64,000 nucleotides of DNA, from positions 13,738 through 77,737 of the forward strand of contig JBBTTD010000001.1 in NCBI GenBank assembly GCA_038064415.1, in the 5' to 3' direction. The stretch comes from Patescibacteria group bacterium. Its GTDB lineage: Bacteria; Patescibacteriota; Minisyncoccia; Phycocordibacterales; PALSA-1337. The notes under the pieces are model-generated. The model had not been told where the DNA came from. It did not search any database and saw only the letters and a list, made by a program, of their open reading frames with translations. The translations under genes and the position numbers were made by a program. Below are positions 1 through 9,309 of this stretch, in pieces (the stretch's first letter is position 1; each line of letters opens with the position of its first letter).

Positions 1-2
1 TT

Positions 3-2129
3 AGAGGTCTAGAAGATGGCATGGACAGACAGACTCTGTTGGGTGTAACCGGTTCCGGCAAGACATTTACTGTCGCAAATGTTATCGCCAATTATGGTAA
101 ACCAACTTTGGTTATTGCTCACAATAAAACCCTGGCCGCGCAATTAGCACAAGAATACAGAGAATTTTTTCCGGATAATGCCGTGCATTATTTTGTCTCT
201 TATTATGATTATTATCAGCCCGAAGCTTACATACCTTCAAGCGACACATACATTGAAAAAGAAGCGATGATTAATGAAGAGATTGAAAGATTGCGTCACG
301 CTTCAACGCAGGCACTCTTAACTCGCAAAGATGTGATTATTGTCGCGTCAGTTTCTTGTATTTATGGTTTAGGCAGTCCAGAAGAATACGAAAAAGTCAA
401 TTTAAAACTGAAAGTTGGCATGGAGATTTCGCGAGCTGAACTGATTCGCAAATTGGTTGATATTCATTTTGAGCGGACGACAGCTGATTTGAAGTCAGGT
501 CAATTTCGCGCTATCGGAAATACTATTGAAATTATGCCGGTAAACGAAAAGACGATTTATAGATTGGAATATGATGGTGGTTCTATTTCTTTAATTACCG
601 AACTTGATCCAATTTCTCGTTCTGTTCGTCGATCGAGTCAAGGTCCGACCTTCCGTCATCTTACGAAGTCCAATCTTGACTCAATCTATATTTTTCCAGC
701 AAAGCATTTCATTTCCAGCGATGAACAGGGCGAACGTGCTTACAAAACTATTCAAGCGGAACTCGCGGATCGCTTGAAAGTATTGGAAAAAGAGGGAAAA
801 TTGCTTGAAGCTGAACGACTGAAGCGTAGAGTTAAATACGATTTATCTATGATAAAAGAAATCGGCTACACAAATGGTATTGAGAATTATTCACGACATT
901 TTTCCGATAAAATGCCTGGCGAGCCACCAGATTCATTGCTTTCATATTTTCCACATAAAATAATTGGCACTGGTACAAATGCGCGGAATGTTCCTGATTT
1001 TTTGACTATTGTTGACGAATCGCACGTGACCATTCCTCAATTGAATGGTATGTATGCTGGCGATGCTTCACGCAAAAATACTTTGGTTGAGCACGGTTTT
1101 CGTCTACCTTCAGCCAAAGACAATCGCCCATTGAGATTTGATGAATTTTTAGAGCGAATTGGTCCGATGATTTACACTTCTGCCACGCCAGGAAAATATG
1201 AGGCAGAGACTAGTAATCAAGTAGTTGAACAGGTCATTCGTCCAACAGGATTGGTTGATCCGATTGTTGAAATTAGACCGATTAGGGAAAGTAAACGAGG
1301 AGTTGGTGCGTATTCTTATGAAGGACCGCAGTCTCTTGGCACAAAGCGTGAGGCAGTTATAACGGTCCCTCATAAGAATACGCACCAACTCCTCGTTTAC
1401 CATGGCCAAATCTTTGATTTTATCAATGAAGCGGAAAAAACTATTAAAAAAGGCGATCGAGTTTTGGCAACGACTTTAACTAAAAAAATGGCGGAGGATT
1501 TATCCGAATTCTTAAAAGAAAAAAATATTAAGTCCACTTATTTGCATAGTGACGTAAAAACCATTGAACGCATCAATATTTTGACGGACTTTCGCAAAGG
1601 GAGATATGATATTTTAGTTGGTGTCAATTTGTTGCGTGAGGGTCTGGATTTGCCCGAAGTTTCATTGATTGGAATATTGGACGCAGACAAAGAAGGATTT
1701 CTTCGATCTGAAACTTCACTTGTTCAAACTATTGGTCGTGCCGCGCGTAACTCCGCTGGTCGAGTCATTCTTTATGCCGATAATTTGACTGGTTCTATGG
1801 ATCGCGCGATCAAGGAGACCAATCGTCGTAGAGTTATTCAAGTAGCTTATAATGAAAAACATGGGATAACCCCAAAAACCATTAAAAAAGCGATTCATGA
1901 CATTACCGATCAATTACGCACTAAACACGATAAAGCTGTTGACGAATTGGTCAAAATTGATGAAGAATTGGCGCGTGTCAATCCAAAATTATTGATGAAG
2001 CAGAAACAGGATGCTATGGAAGAAGCCGTCAAACAATTGGATTTTGAGACTGCGGCGCTGATACGAGATGAATTGATAAAGCTTGAGAAAATCAAACAAT
2101 TAGATAGAAAGATGAAGGCTAGACCTTAA
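3..2129 (+). CDS. uvrB: Excinuclease ABC subunit B (5' partial, frame open to window edge)
   Basis: Walker A GVTGSGKT, HNKTLAAQL, YYDYYQPEAY beta-hairpin, DESH, GFRLPSA, NLLREGLDLPEV, QTIGRAARN, C-terminal UVR motif FETAALIRD. Confidence 0.98.
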   Translation, partial: RGLEDGMDRQTLLGVTGSGKTFTVANVIANYGKPTLVIAHNKTLAAQLAQEYREFFPDNAVHYFVSYYDYYQPEAYIPSSDTYIEKEAMINEEIERLRHASTQALLTRKDVIIVASVSCIYGLGSPEEYEKVNLKLKVGMEISRAELIRKLVDIHFERTTADLKSGQFRAIGNTIEIMPVNEKTIYRLEYDGGSISLITELDPISRSVRRSSQGPTFRHLTKSNLDSIYIFPAKHFISSDEQGERAYKTIQAELADRLKVLEKEGKLLEAERLKRRVKYDLSMIKEIGYTNGIENYSRHFSDKMPGEPPDSLLSYFPHKIIGTGTNARNVPDFLTIVDESHVTIPQLNGMYAGDASRKNTLVEHGFRLPSAKDNRPLRFDEFLERIGPMIYTSATPGKYEAETSNQVVEQVIRPTGLVDPIVEIRPIRESKRGVGAYSYEGPQSLGTKREAVITVPHKNTHQLLVYHGQIFDFINEAEKTIKKGDRVLATTLTKKMAEDLSEFLKEKNIKSTYLHSDVKTIERINILTDFRKGRYDILVGVNLLREGLDLPEVSLIGILDADKEGFLRSETSLVQTIGRAARNSAGRVILYADNLTGSMDRAIKETNRRRVIQVAYNEKHGITPKTIKKAIHDITDQLRTKHDKAVDELVKIDEELARVNPKLLMKQKQDAMEEAVKQLDFETAALIRDELIKLEKIKQLDRKMKARP
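1291..1400. repeat. Long inverted repeat in-frame inside uvrB
   Basis: 1291-1321 GTAAACGAGGAGTTGGTGCGTATTCTTATGA is the exact reverse complement of 1370-1400; extends to 38 bp with one mismatch; 34-nt loop. Confidence 0.95.
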
Positions 2130-2158
2130 CGCGGAATTAATCAAGACCTAACCTTCAT
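2112..2158. repeat. Degenerate AGGTCNGACCT doublet overlapping the uvrB stop
   Basis: ATGAAGGCTAGACCTTAA ... TCAAGACCTAACCTTCAT. Confidence 0.6.
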
Positions 2159-2165
2159 TTTTCAG

Positions 2166-2199
2166 ATGTTTGAATGTTTGAATGTTTGAATGCTATAAT
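2166..2199 (+). promoter_or_regulatory. (ATGTTTGA)x3 tandem repeat running into extended -10 TGCTATAAT
   Basis: Three exact 8-mers at 2166-2189, TGCTATAAT 2191-2199, ATG at 2206. Confidence 0.65.
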
Positions 2200-2205
2200 A
2201 TCACC

Positions 2206-2991
2206 ATGCCCCTACCACTCAAAAAGGAAAAAGTTTTAGTTATTGAGAGTGATGCCATATTTGGCAAGAAAATCGTTGATAACTTAAAAACACAGGGTTA
2301 CAATGTCCAGCTTTTTAATGATGGTATTGAAGGATTAAAAGCTATTTCTGATTTTACGCCCAATCTAGTTTTAGTGAATATTATCTTACCAAGCATTGAT
2401 GGTTACGCGATCCTCGCGAAGAAAAATGCTGATCAATCTTTGGCGAAAATTCCGTTGTTTCTGCTTTCCACACAAGGAATACCGATAGATATGGCCAAGA
2501 TACCTCAAGGTTCGGTTACAGAATTTATTTTAGATCTTCATGCTGATGTCGCGGAAATATTAAATAAGGTTGATAAGCTTTTTGGATATTCTGCTGGCGG
2601 ACAAGTTTCTGATTCTCAAGTCGTAAAGAAGAAAATACTTTGGGTTGAGGATGATAAGTTGATTGGCACGATCCTCAGCAAAAAGTTGATTGCTTCTGGT
2701 TTTGATCTAATTCACGCGAAAAATGGCGAAGAAGCCATGGCACAACTTGCCATTGTTGTCCCAGATGCGATTGTGCTTGATCTGATGATGCCTGGCATGA
2801 GTGGATTTGATATTCTCCAAAAAATTAGAGCCGATCAGCGCTTGAAGCAAATTTCCATAATGGTTCTTTCTAACATAAATAAGCAAAGTGACATTGAAAG
2901 GGCGAAATTACTTGGTGCCAAAAAGTTCTTGGTCAAGGCGGCGGTCTCGCTTGATGATATAGTATCTGAAGTTAAAAAGCTGTGTGAATGA
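2206..2991 (+). CDS. Tandem receiver-domain response regulator (no output domain)
   Basis: Two CheY-like domains: VLVIESD..VLVNII (phospho-Asp replaced by Asn) and ILWVEDD..VLDLMMPGMSG..FLVK. Confidence 0.9.
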   Translation: MPLPLKKEKVLVIESDAIFGKKIVDNLKTQGYNVQLFNDGIEGLKAISDFTPNLVLVNIILPSIDGYAILAKKNADQSLAKIPLFLLSTQGIPIDMAKIPQGSVTEFILDLHADVAEILNKVDKLFGYSAGGQVSDSQVVKKKILWVEDDKLIGTILSKKLIASGFDLIHAKNGEEAMAQLAIVVPDAIVLDLMMPGMSGFDILQKIRADQRLKQISIMVLSNINKQSDIERAKLLGAKKFLVKAAVSLDDIVSEVKKLCE

Positions 2992-3172
2992 AAATAGAGG
3001 TCCGACCCCCATTTCGGAAGACAGGATCAGACCTTAGCGCAGAATTACCTAAGGTTTTACATTCATTTTTCACATAACACTTGTATTAAGATTCAAGTGT
3101 TGCAATTGATTGTTGAACTCGGGGGAATTAACTTTGCGTTTTTGTCATTTTTGTGTTACCATCGCCCCACTT

Positions 3173-5899
3173 ATGTCTGTGACGCGTAAAAAAACAAAAT
3201 CCTCAAATTTAACTCCCAAAATCCATGAGTCAATTCGAGGTGAGGAAAAAATTATCGTTAAAGGCGCGCGTACGCACAATCTGAAGAACATAACTGTGGA
3301 AATGCCACGCAATACTTTGATCGCTATCACCGGCTTATCAGGTTCCGGTAAATCTTCTTTGGCTTTTGACACCATTTTTGCCGAAGGACAGCGTAGGTAT
3401 GTTGAATCTCTTTCTGCCTACGCTCGCCAGTTTTTGCACAAAATGCAAAAACCCGATGTTGATGAGATCGTCGGTCTTTCACCGGCTATTTCCATAGACC
3501 AAAAATCTCGTTCCAATAATCCGCGTTCAACCGTGGCTACGATTACTGAAATATACGATTATTTGCGTATACTTTTCGCGCGCGTTGGCAAGCCGCATTG
3601 TCTGACCTGCGGTCGGATAATTCACCGCATCTCACAGGAAGAGATTTTGAATACTATTTTGAGTACTGTTACCACCCGCGCCACAAACGCCAAAAAAGTT
3701 TATGGGGTAAGTATTAGTGACGCAAAAATCCGGATCTACGCGCCAGTCGTGGTTGGACGCAAAGGCGAATATTATCAAATGCTTTATGATCTGCTCGGCA
3801 AGGGCTATGATCGTGTTCGGATTGACGGGACTATCAAACGTCTACGAGATCAGATAGTCCTGGAGAAAAATAAAAAACACGATATTGATATTTTAATTGA
3901 TGAAATTTTTATTAGCGAATTCAATGATCCTAAACAGTTGGACAATGCTCGTGAGAGATTATCCGAATCCATTGAACGAGCGGTGCATGAAGCGGAAGGT
4001 TTGATTCGCATTGAATATCCGTGGGATTCTGTCATTTCCCCGGCCGCGGAAATCAAGGGTCAAACCATTAATTTGAAAGAAGACGATAAGACTATGGATT
4101 CCCGCTTTCGCGGGAACGACAACGGCGAAACCTTGATGTCCGTGAAATTCATGTGTCCTTATGACGGTTTTTCGTATCCTGAAATAGAACCGCGTTTGTT
4201 TTCATTTAATTCACCGTATGGTGCTTGCACCGCCTGTAATGGTCTCGGTACTGAAGGATTATTCGCTGAAACAATCTGTAAAGTTTGTAATGGTGTTCGT
4301 CTACGCGATGAAGCTTTGCATGTCAAGATTGACGGCAAAAATATCGTTGACACGACTTCATTATCTATTGAAAAGGCAATTTTATATTTTGAAAAAATAA
4401 AACTGACTGACGCGGAAAAAGAAATTTCCAAAATCGTACTCAAAGAGATTCAAGCACGGCTTTCATTCATGGTAAATGTCGGGATTGAGTATCTGACGCT
4501 TGATCGGCGCGCTAATACTCTTTCCGGCGGGGAAGCTCAACGCATCCGTCTAGCTTCTCAACTTGGCTCCGGCTTGGTCGGCGCGCTTTATGTCCTAGAT
4601 GAGCCGACGATCGGTTTACATCAACGCGACAATGATCGTCTGATAGGGACTTTGATAAAACTTAGAGATATTGGCAATACCATAATAGTGGTTGAACACG
4701 ATGAAGACACTATGTTTGCTTCAGATTACATTATTGATATTGGTCCTGGCGCCGGAGTACACGGTGGCAAAGTCGTAGTCTCTGGATATCTTGACGATCT
4801 GGTTTCCGCCAAGAAAAATCCTTCCGGTTCATTGACTCTCGCTTATCTGCGAGGCGAGAAAAAGATTGATTTACCTCAAAAAAGGCGAGAACCAAAGGGT
4901 AAAATCACAGTGCGAGGCGGTCAAGTCTTCAATATTAAGGATTTGAACATAGATTTACCACTGGGCTGTTTGAATGCGATTACTGGAGTTTCTGGATCGG
5001 GGAAATCTTCCTTTATGTATGAAATTCTTCATAAGAATTTATCGGCGCGATTGGAGATGAGACATCGAAGCGATAAACCGATAAATTGCAAAGAATTTAA
5101 AGGTTCGGAATATGTTGGCCGTGTTATCTTGATTGATCAATCACCAATCGGTCGAACACCAAGATCAAATCCGGCAACCTATACCGGGGCTTGGACGCAT
5201 ATTCGCGACTTGTTTGCTTCAGAGCCGGAGGCGCGAGCGCGCGGTTGGGGCGCGGGGAGGTTTTCTTTTAATCGTCCCGGCGGTCGTTGTGAGGCCTGCG
5301 AAGGTAATGGCGAGATTGCCGTGGAAATGCATTTTTTGCCGACGGTTTATGTAACTTGCGATGTCTGCAATGGCAAACGCTTTACCAAAGAAACCCTAGA
5401 AATTCATTATCGTAAAAAAAATATTCATCAGATTTTGGATTTGACTATTGAAGATGGCTTGGAATTTTTCAAAGATATTCCAGTTGTTGAAGATCGCTTG
5501 CAAAGCATGATGGATGTCGGCTTAGGATACGTGAAGCTCGGTCAATCAGCCACGACTCTTTCAGGCGGTGAGGCACAGCGCGTCAAGATTTCTTCTGAAT
5601 TGTATAGAGCTCATCTTCAAAAAACGATTTATTTATTGGACGAGCCAACAGTTGGTCTGCATTATGAAGATGTTAAAAAATTGATTGATATTTTGCAAAA
5701 ATTAGTTGAAAAGGGGAATACGGTTGTTGTCATTGAACACAATCTTGATTTGGTTAAAAATGCCGATTATGTTATTGACATTGGTCCTGATGGTGGCGAG
5801 CGTGGCGGAAAAATTGTCGCCAAAGGCACGCCAGAAGATGTTGCCCGAAGTGAGAAATCATATACTGGGAAGTATCTGAAAGTGGCATTGAAGAAATGA
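3173..5899 (+). CDS. uvrA: Excinuclease ABC subunit A
   Basis: GARTHNLKN, GLSGSGKSS, EGQRRYVESLS, two LSGGEAQR signatures, Zn fingers; start moved to the ATG after TGTTACCAT. Confidence 0.98.
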   Translation: MSVTRKKTKSSNLTPKIHESIRGEEKIIVKGARTHNLKNITVEMPRNTLIAITGLSGSGKSSLAFDTIFAEGQRRYVESLSAYARQFLHKMQKPDVDEIVGLSPAISIDQKSRSNNPRSTVATITEIYDYLRILFARVGKPHCLTCGRIIHRISQEEILNTILSTVTTRATNAKKVYGVSISDAKIRIYAPVVVGRKGEYYQMLYDLLGKGYDRVRIDGTIKRLRDQIVLEKNKKHDIDILIDEIFISEFNDPKQLDNARERLSESIERAVHEAEGLIRIEYPWDSVISPAAEIKGQTINLKEDDKTMDSRFRGNDNGETLMSVKFMCPYDGFSYPEIEPRLFSFNSPYGACTACNGLGTEGLFAETICKVCNGVRLRDEALHVKIDGKNIVDTTSLSIEKAILYFEKIKLTDAEKEISKIVLKEIQARLSFMVNVGIEYLTLDRRANTLSGGEAQRIRLASQLGSGLVGALYVLDEPTIGLHQRDNDRLIGTLIKLRDIGNTIIVVEHDEDTMFASDYIIDIGPGAGVHGGKVVVSGYLDDLVSAKKNPSGSLTLAYLRGEKKIDLPQKRREPKGKITVRGGQVFNIKDLNIDLPLGCLNAITGVSGSGKSSFMYEILHKNLSARLEMRHRSDKPINCKEFKGSEYVGRVILIDQSPIGRTPRSNPATYTGAWTHIRDLFASEPEARARGWGAGRFSFNRPGGRCEACEGNGEIAVEMHFLPTVYVTCDVCNGKRFTKETLEIHYRKKNIHQILDLTIEDGLEFFKDIPVVEDRLQSMMDVGLGYVKLGQSATTLSGGEAQRVKISSELYRAHLQKTIYLLDEPTVGLHYEDVKKLIDILQKLVEKGNTVVVIEHNLDLVKNADYVIDIGPDGGERGGKIVAKGTPEDVARSEKSYTGKYLKVALKK
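4030..4121. repeat. GTCATTCCCGC/GCGGGAATGAC-type palindromic element in-frame in uvrA
   Basis: TGTCATTTCCCCGGCCGCGGAAATC ... GGATTCCCGCTTTCGCGGGAACGACA; translates VISPAAEI..MDSRFRGND. Confidence 0.85.
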
Positions 5900-5962
5900 A
5901 GAAGACACTTTTTCGATTAAAATCAAAAGCGAAATTACCCAGTGTAAGACAATATTATTCCC

Positions 5963-7261
5963 ATGAAACGTCAAGCGATTATAAAACTGAAAATTCCAGA
6001 TACTCCTGGTGTCTATACATTTAGGGATTATAAAAAAAGACCGATATATATTGGTCGCGCGACTTCCATTAAAGATCGTGTTAAAAGCTATTTTTCTGAT
6101 GATCTTATGAATACGCGCGGTCCGCGAATAGTTGATATGATCACTAAGGCTAAATCTTTAAATTGGCAAGTTACTGATTCCGTGCTTGAAGCGATTATTT
6201 TAGAAAGCAAATTGATCAAAAGGTATCAACCTATATGCAATGTTGACGAGCGTGACGACAAAAGTTCACAATATGTGGTGATAACTGATGAGCTCTGGCC
6301 AAGGGTTTTTCTGGAGCGTGTCCGAGATTTTGATTCGCTTCGCTCCAGTCTGGAAAATTCATCGCATCAGCGAGAGCGTCTCAAATATTCCGTCAAGAAA
6401 TATTTTGGTCCATACCCGCATGGCGGACTGATCAAAGAAGTCCTAAAAATTCTGCGTAAACTTTTTCCGTTTAAGGATAAGAAGTCTTTTGATTCTCGTC
6501 ACGAAGCGTTTTATCAAGCATTAGGGAGATCTCCCGATCAGGATGACAATAATGCTCTAAAAAAATATCTTATGACAATTAAGTATCTAATTCTTTTCTT
6601 TGAAGGTAAGAAACAAAAAATCAGAAAACAGGTTGAACGAGAGATGAATTTGCGGGCCAGAGAATTACGATTTGAAGAAGCACAGCAGAGTAAAAGGATG
6701 TTGTATGCGCTTGACCACATAAATGACATTGCTCTGATAAAAGAAGAGAGATTACGAGTTTCAAATCATTCCTCCGCTGTGTCTGCAAATTCGGAATTAT
6801 TGCAAAGTAACGGATTTCGTATTGAGGCTTATGACATCGCTCATTTATCCGGTACTAATGTAGTTGGGGCTATGGTTGTTTCAATTGATGGAGAGTTTGT
6901 GCCATCAGAATATCGTAAGTTCAAAATTTCTCGGCAGAAAAATGATGATGTGGCGGGGCTCAAGGAAATTCTTACGCGCCGGTTGAATCATCCAGAGTGG
7001 GCATACCCGGATCTAATAGTTGTTGATGGCAATAAAGTCCAAGTTAGTTGTGCTGAAAATATTTTAAAGGTTCGTAGGATTGACATTCCCGTCGTGGCGG
7101 TTACGAAAGATCAAAGGCATAAAGCAATAGAATTGATTGGACATCCAACACTTATTTCTAAATATAAAAAGCAAATTATTACTTTAAATAGGAAAGCTCA
7201 TAGGTTTGTTATATCGTTTCATAGATCAAGCAGGAACAAATCTTTTAAGAATTTTAAATAA
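5963..7261 (+). CDS. uvrC: Excinuclease ABC subunit C (lacks C-terminal HhH domain)
   Basis: GIY-YIG PGVY..IYIGRA, UVR motif LRFEEA, RNase H-like RIEAYDIAHLSG and PDLIVVDG. Confidence 0.93.
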   Translation: MKRQAIIKLKIPDTPGVYTFRDYKKRPIYIGRATSIKDRVKSYFSDDLMNTRGPRIVDMITKAKSLNWQVTDSVLEAIILESKLIKRYQPICNVDERDDKSSQYVVITDELWPRVFLERVRDFDSLRSSLENSSHQRERLKYSVKKYFGPYPHGGLIKEVLKILRKLFPFKDKKSFDSRHEAFYQALGRSPDQDDNNALKKYLMTIKYLILFFEGKKQKIRKQVEREMNLRARELRFEEAQQSKRMLYALDHINDIALIKEERLRVSNHSSAVSANSELLQSNGFRIEAYDIAHLSGTNVVGAMVVSIDGEFVPSEYRKFKISRQKNDDVAGLKEILTRRLNHPEWAYPDLIVVDGNKVQVSCAENILKVRRIDIPVVAVTKDQRHKAIELIGHPTLISKYKKQIITLNRKAHRFVISFHRSSRNKSFKNFK

Positions 7262-7462
7262 TCTTGATTATGAATAAGTGATAGATTTCAAATCTCCTTC
7301 TAGGTTGTACACACTTTACTTCATTTTTTCCCGCCTATTCTGCTATACTATAGTTATCATTTTAATAATCAAATCAAATGCAATTTCAAACAGGTATTTT
7401 AGATAGAACTCGCTTAGTCTCAAACCTCCTGATGTCAATACTGGCTAGTAAGTTGATTTAGT

Positions 7463-8446
7463 ATGACCAGTCAAATCAGAGTTGGAGTACTTCGTGGCGG
7501 TCCTAGTAATGAATATGAAGTTTCGCTCAATTCTGGCGCGACTGTTTTGTCGGTCATCCGAAAACATTTTGACCACAAATATCAACCCCGAGACGTCTTT
7601 ATTGATCGTCAGGGAATATGGCATATTGATGGATTGCAAGTATTACCAAAAGATCTCGGGACTAAAATTGATGTGGCTTTTAATGCTTTGCATGGAGCAT
7701 ATGGAGAAGACGGAAAAGTTCAAGCATTGCTTGAAGCTCACGGTATACCATTTACCGGTTCAGGGTCGCTTGGATCCGCGCTTGGCATGAATAAAATTTT
7801 AGCAAAAAAAATATTCGCTGATCATGGAATTAAAAGTCCCTTTTCAAAAGAGATTTTATCTGATGTTTTTAATAAAAATGATGAAGCTACCGCGCGTGAA
7901 CTATTCAATACTTTTATTTTACCGGCAGTTGTTAAGCCAAGTTCCAGTGGCTCCTCGGTTGGTGTCTCGGTAGTTAAAAGTTTTGGCGAATTGATGCCTG
8001 CTTTGAATCTGGCGGCGAAACATGGTGAAGTAATAATGATTGAGGAATTTATTCCCGGAATTGAAGCTACTTGCGGGGTTGTTGAAGATTTTCGAGGATC
8101 TAAGTTATATGCTTTACCTCCAGTTGAGATTAGGCCACAAGGTGGATTTTTTGATTATGAAGCCAAATATCACAGCAAATCAGAAGAAATAGTCCCAGCT
8201 ACTTTTTCCGAATCAATCAAAAAATCTTTGGAAGAATTGGCGGGGAAGATTCATAGAGCACTGGGTCTTAGACATTATTCACGATCAGATTTCATTATTC
8301 ATCCGAGAAGGGGAGTCTATGTGCTGGAAGTTAACACTTTACCTGGATTAACTATAGAATCTCTGTTGCCAAAATCATTGAGAGCGGTTGGTAGTGATGT
8401 CCATGAATTAGTGGGACACTTGATTGATCTGGCGTTGAAAAAATAA
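7463..8446 (+). CDS. ddl: D-alanine--D-alanine ligase
   Basis: GGPSNEYEVSL, LHGAYGEDG, GSSVGV, FFDYEAKY, LEVNTLPG. Confidence 0.96.
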   Translation: MTSQIRVGVLRGGPSNEYEVSLNSGATVLSVIRKHFDHKYQPRDVFIDRQGIWHIDGLQVLPKDLGTKIDVAFNALHGAYGEDGKVQALLEAHGIPFTGSGSLGSALGMNKILAKKIFADHGIKSPFSKEILSDVFNKNDEATARELFNTFILPAVVKPSSSGSSVGVSVVKSFGELMPALNLAAKHGEVIMIEEFIPGIEATCGVVEDFRGSKLYALPPVEIRPQGGFFDYEAKYHSKSEEIVPATFSESIKKSLEELAGKIHRALGLRHYSRSDFIIHPRRGVYVLEVNTLPGLTIESLLPKSLRAVGSDVHELVGHLIDLALKK

Positions 8447-8498
8447 AACTTTTGTCTCCAGTTTGTTGTGAGTCAATTTTTCGGCAAATTCGGAATTG

Positions 8499-8571
8499 TG
8501 GACCCGAGCGGACTTGAACCGCTTGCCTCCTCATTGCAAATGAGGCGCTCTACCAGATGAGCTACGGGCCC
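8499..8571 (-). tRNA. tRNA-Ala(TGC)
   Basis: Cloverleaf GGGCCCG..CGGGTCC-A with G3:U70, anticodon arm CCTCA-TTTGCAA-TGAGG, GGTTCAAGT; CCA not encoded. Confidence 0.97.
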
Positions 8572-8774
8572 AGAAATAAAATTAGATTTTGATTTTCTAA
8601 GGAAATACTCCAATTATTTGTGATAATACATAAAACTGCTATAGACCTAAATTGTTATTAACAGTTAATCAACAGCATACACGAAGTGTGTGCATTCATC
8701 AATATGTGAAAATATGTTAAACTATATATTCACCCAAAGGTCGACTATTATTAGTCTTAATTTATTATAATAAT

Positions 8775-8864
8775 ATGGCCGATCAAAAAGTTTGTTCAGA
8801 TTGTAAACATGAACACAAGGAAGCAGATGGCAAATGTTCATGCGGATGTCCAGTTTCCAAGTAG
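8775..8864 (+). CDS. 29-aa Cys/His-rich microprotein (metallothionein/Zn-binding-like), not in ORF track
   Basis: MADQKVCSDCKHEHKEADGKCSCGCPVSK; TATTAT/TATAAT just upstream, terminator directly downstream. Confidence 0.7.
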   Translation: MADQKVCSDCKHEHKEADGKCSCGCPVSK

Positions 8865-8880
8865 TCTGATTTGCGTGTCA

Positions 8881-8914
8881 ACAAAAAATCACACATTTAT
8901 GTGTGATTTTTTGT
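8881..8914. terminator. Bidirectional intrinsic terminator
   Basis: ACAAAAAATCACACA-TTTA-TGTGTGATTTTTTGT between convergent genes. Confidence 0.85.
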
Positions 8915-8931
8915 ATCAAACGAAAATGAGA

Positions 8932-9159
8932 TTACATTGATGATCCTGCCGCTGGAGCAGAAGAACTGTCGCAATGTTTACAATCTTTTCTGTGTCTGAC
9001 GATTAAGTAGATTGCTGACAATCCAACTAAGATATAGACAATTTTCGCTATAACAGATCCGAGATACGCGACCACATCGCCAACTCCGATACCGATAAGG
9101 AGCCAGTTAAGACCGCCGATTACTAAAAGAATAAACGCGACGCTGTGTAATGTTTTCAT
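8932..9159 (-). CDS. DUF378-family small membrane protein
   Basis: LLVIGGLNWLLIG .. IVYILVGLSA signature, C-terminal CxxC. Confidence 0.85.
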   Translation of the reverse strand: MKTLHSVAFILLVIGGLNWLLIGIGVGDVVAYLGSVIAKIVYILVGLSAIYLIVRHRKDCKHCDSSSAPAAGSSM

Positions 9160-9309
9160 TTTATTGCATTAAAATATTAATAATGACTTGTACGATTGTG
9201 CTTGTTACATTATAACAGGTAAAAGCTATATCTACATATATATAGTTATTCACAGTGCAAGGCGTGGATCTAAATGATAGTACTTTCAGTTTTTTGCTAT
9301 AATTGTGCC

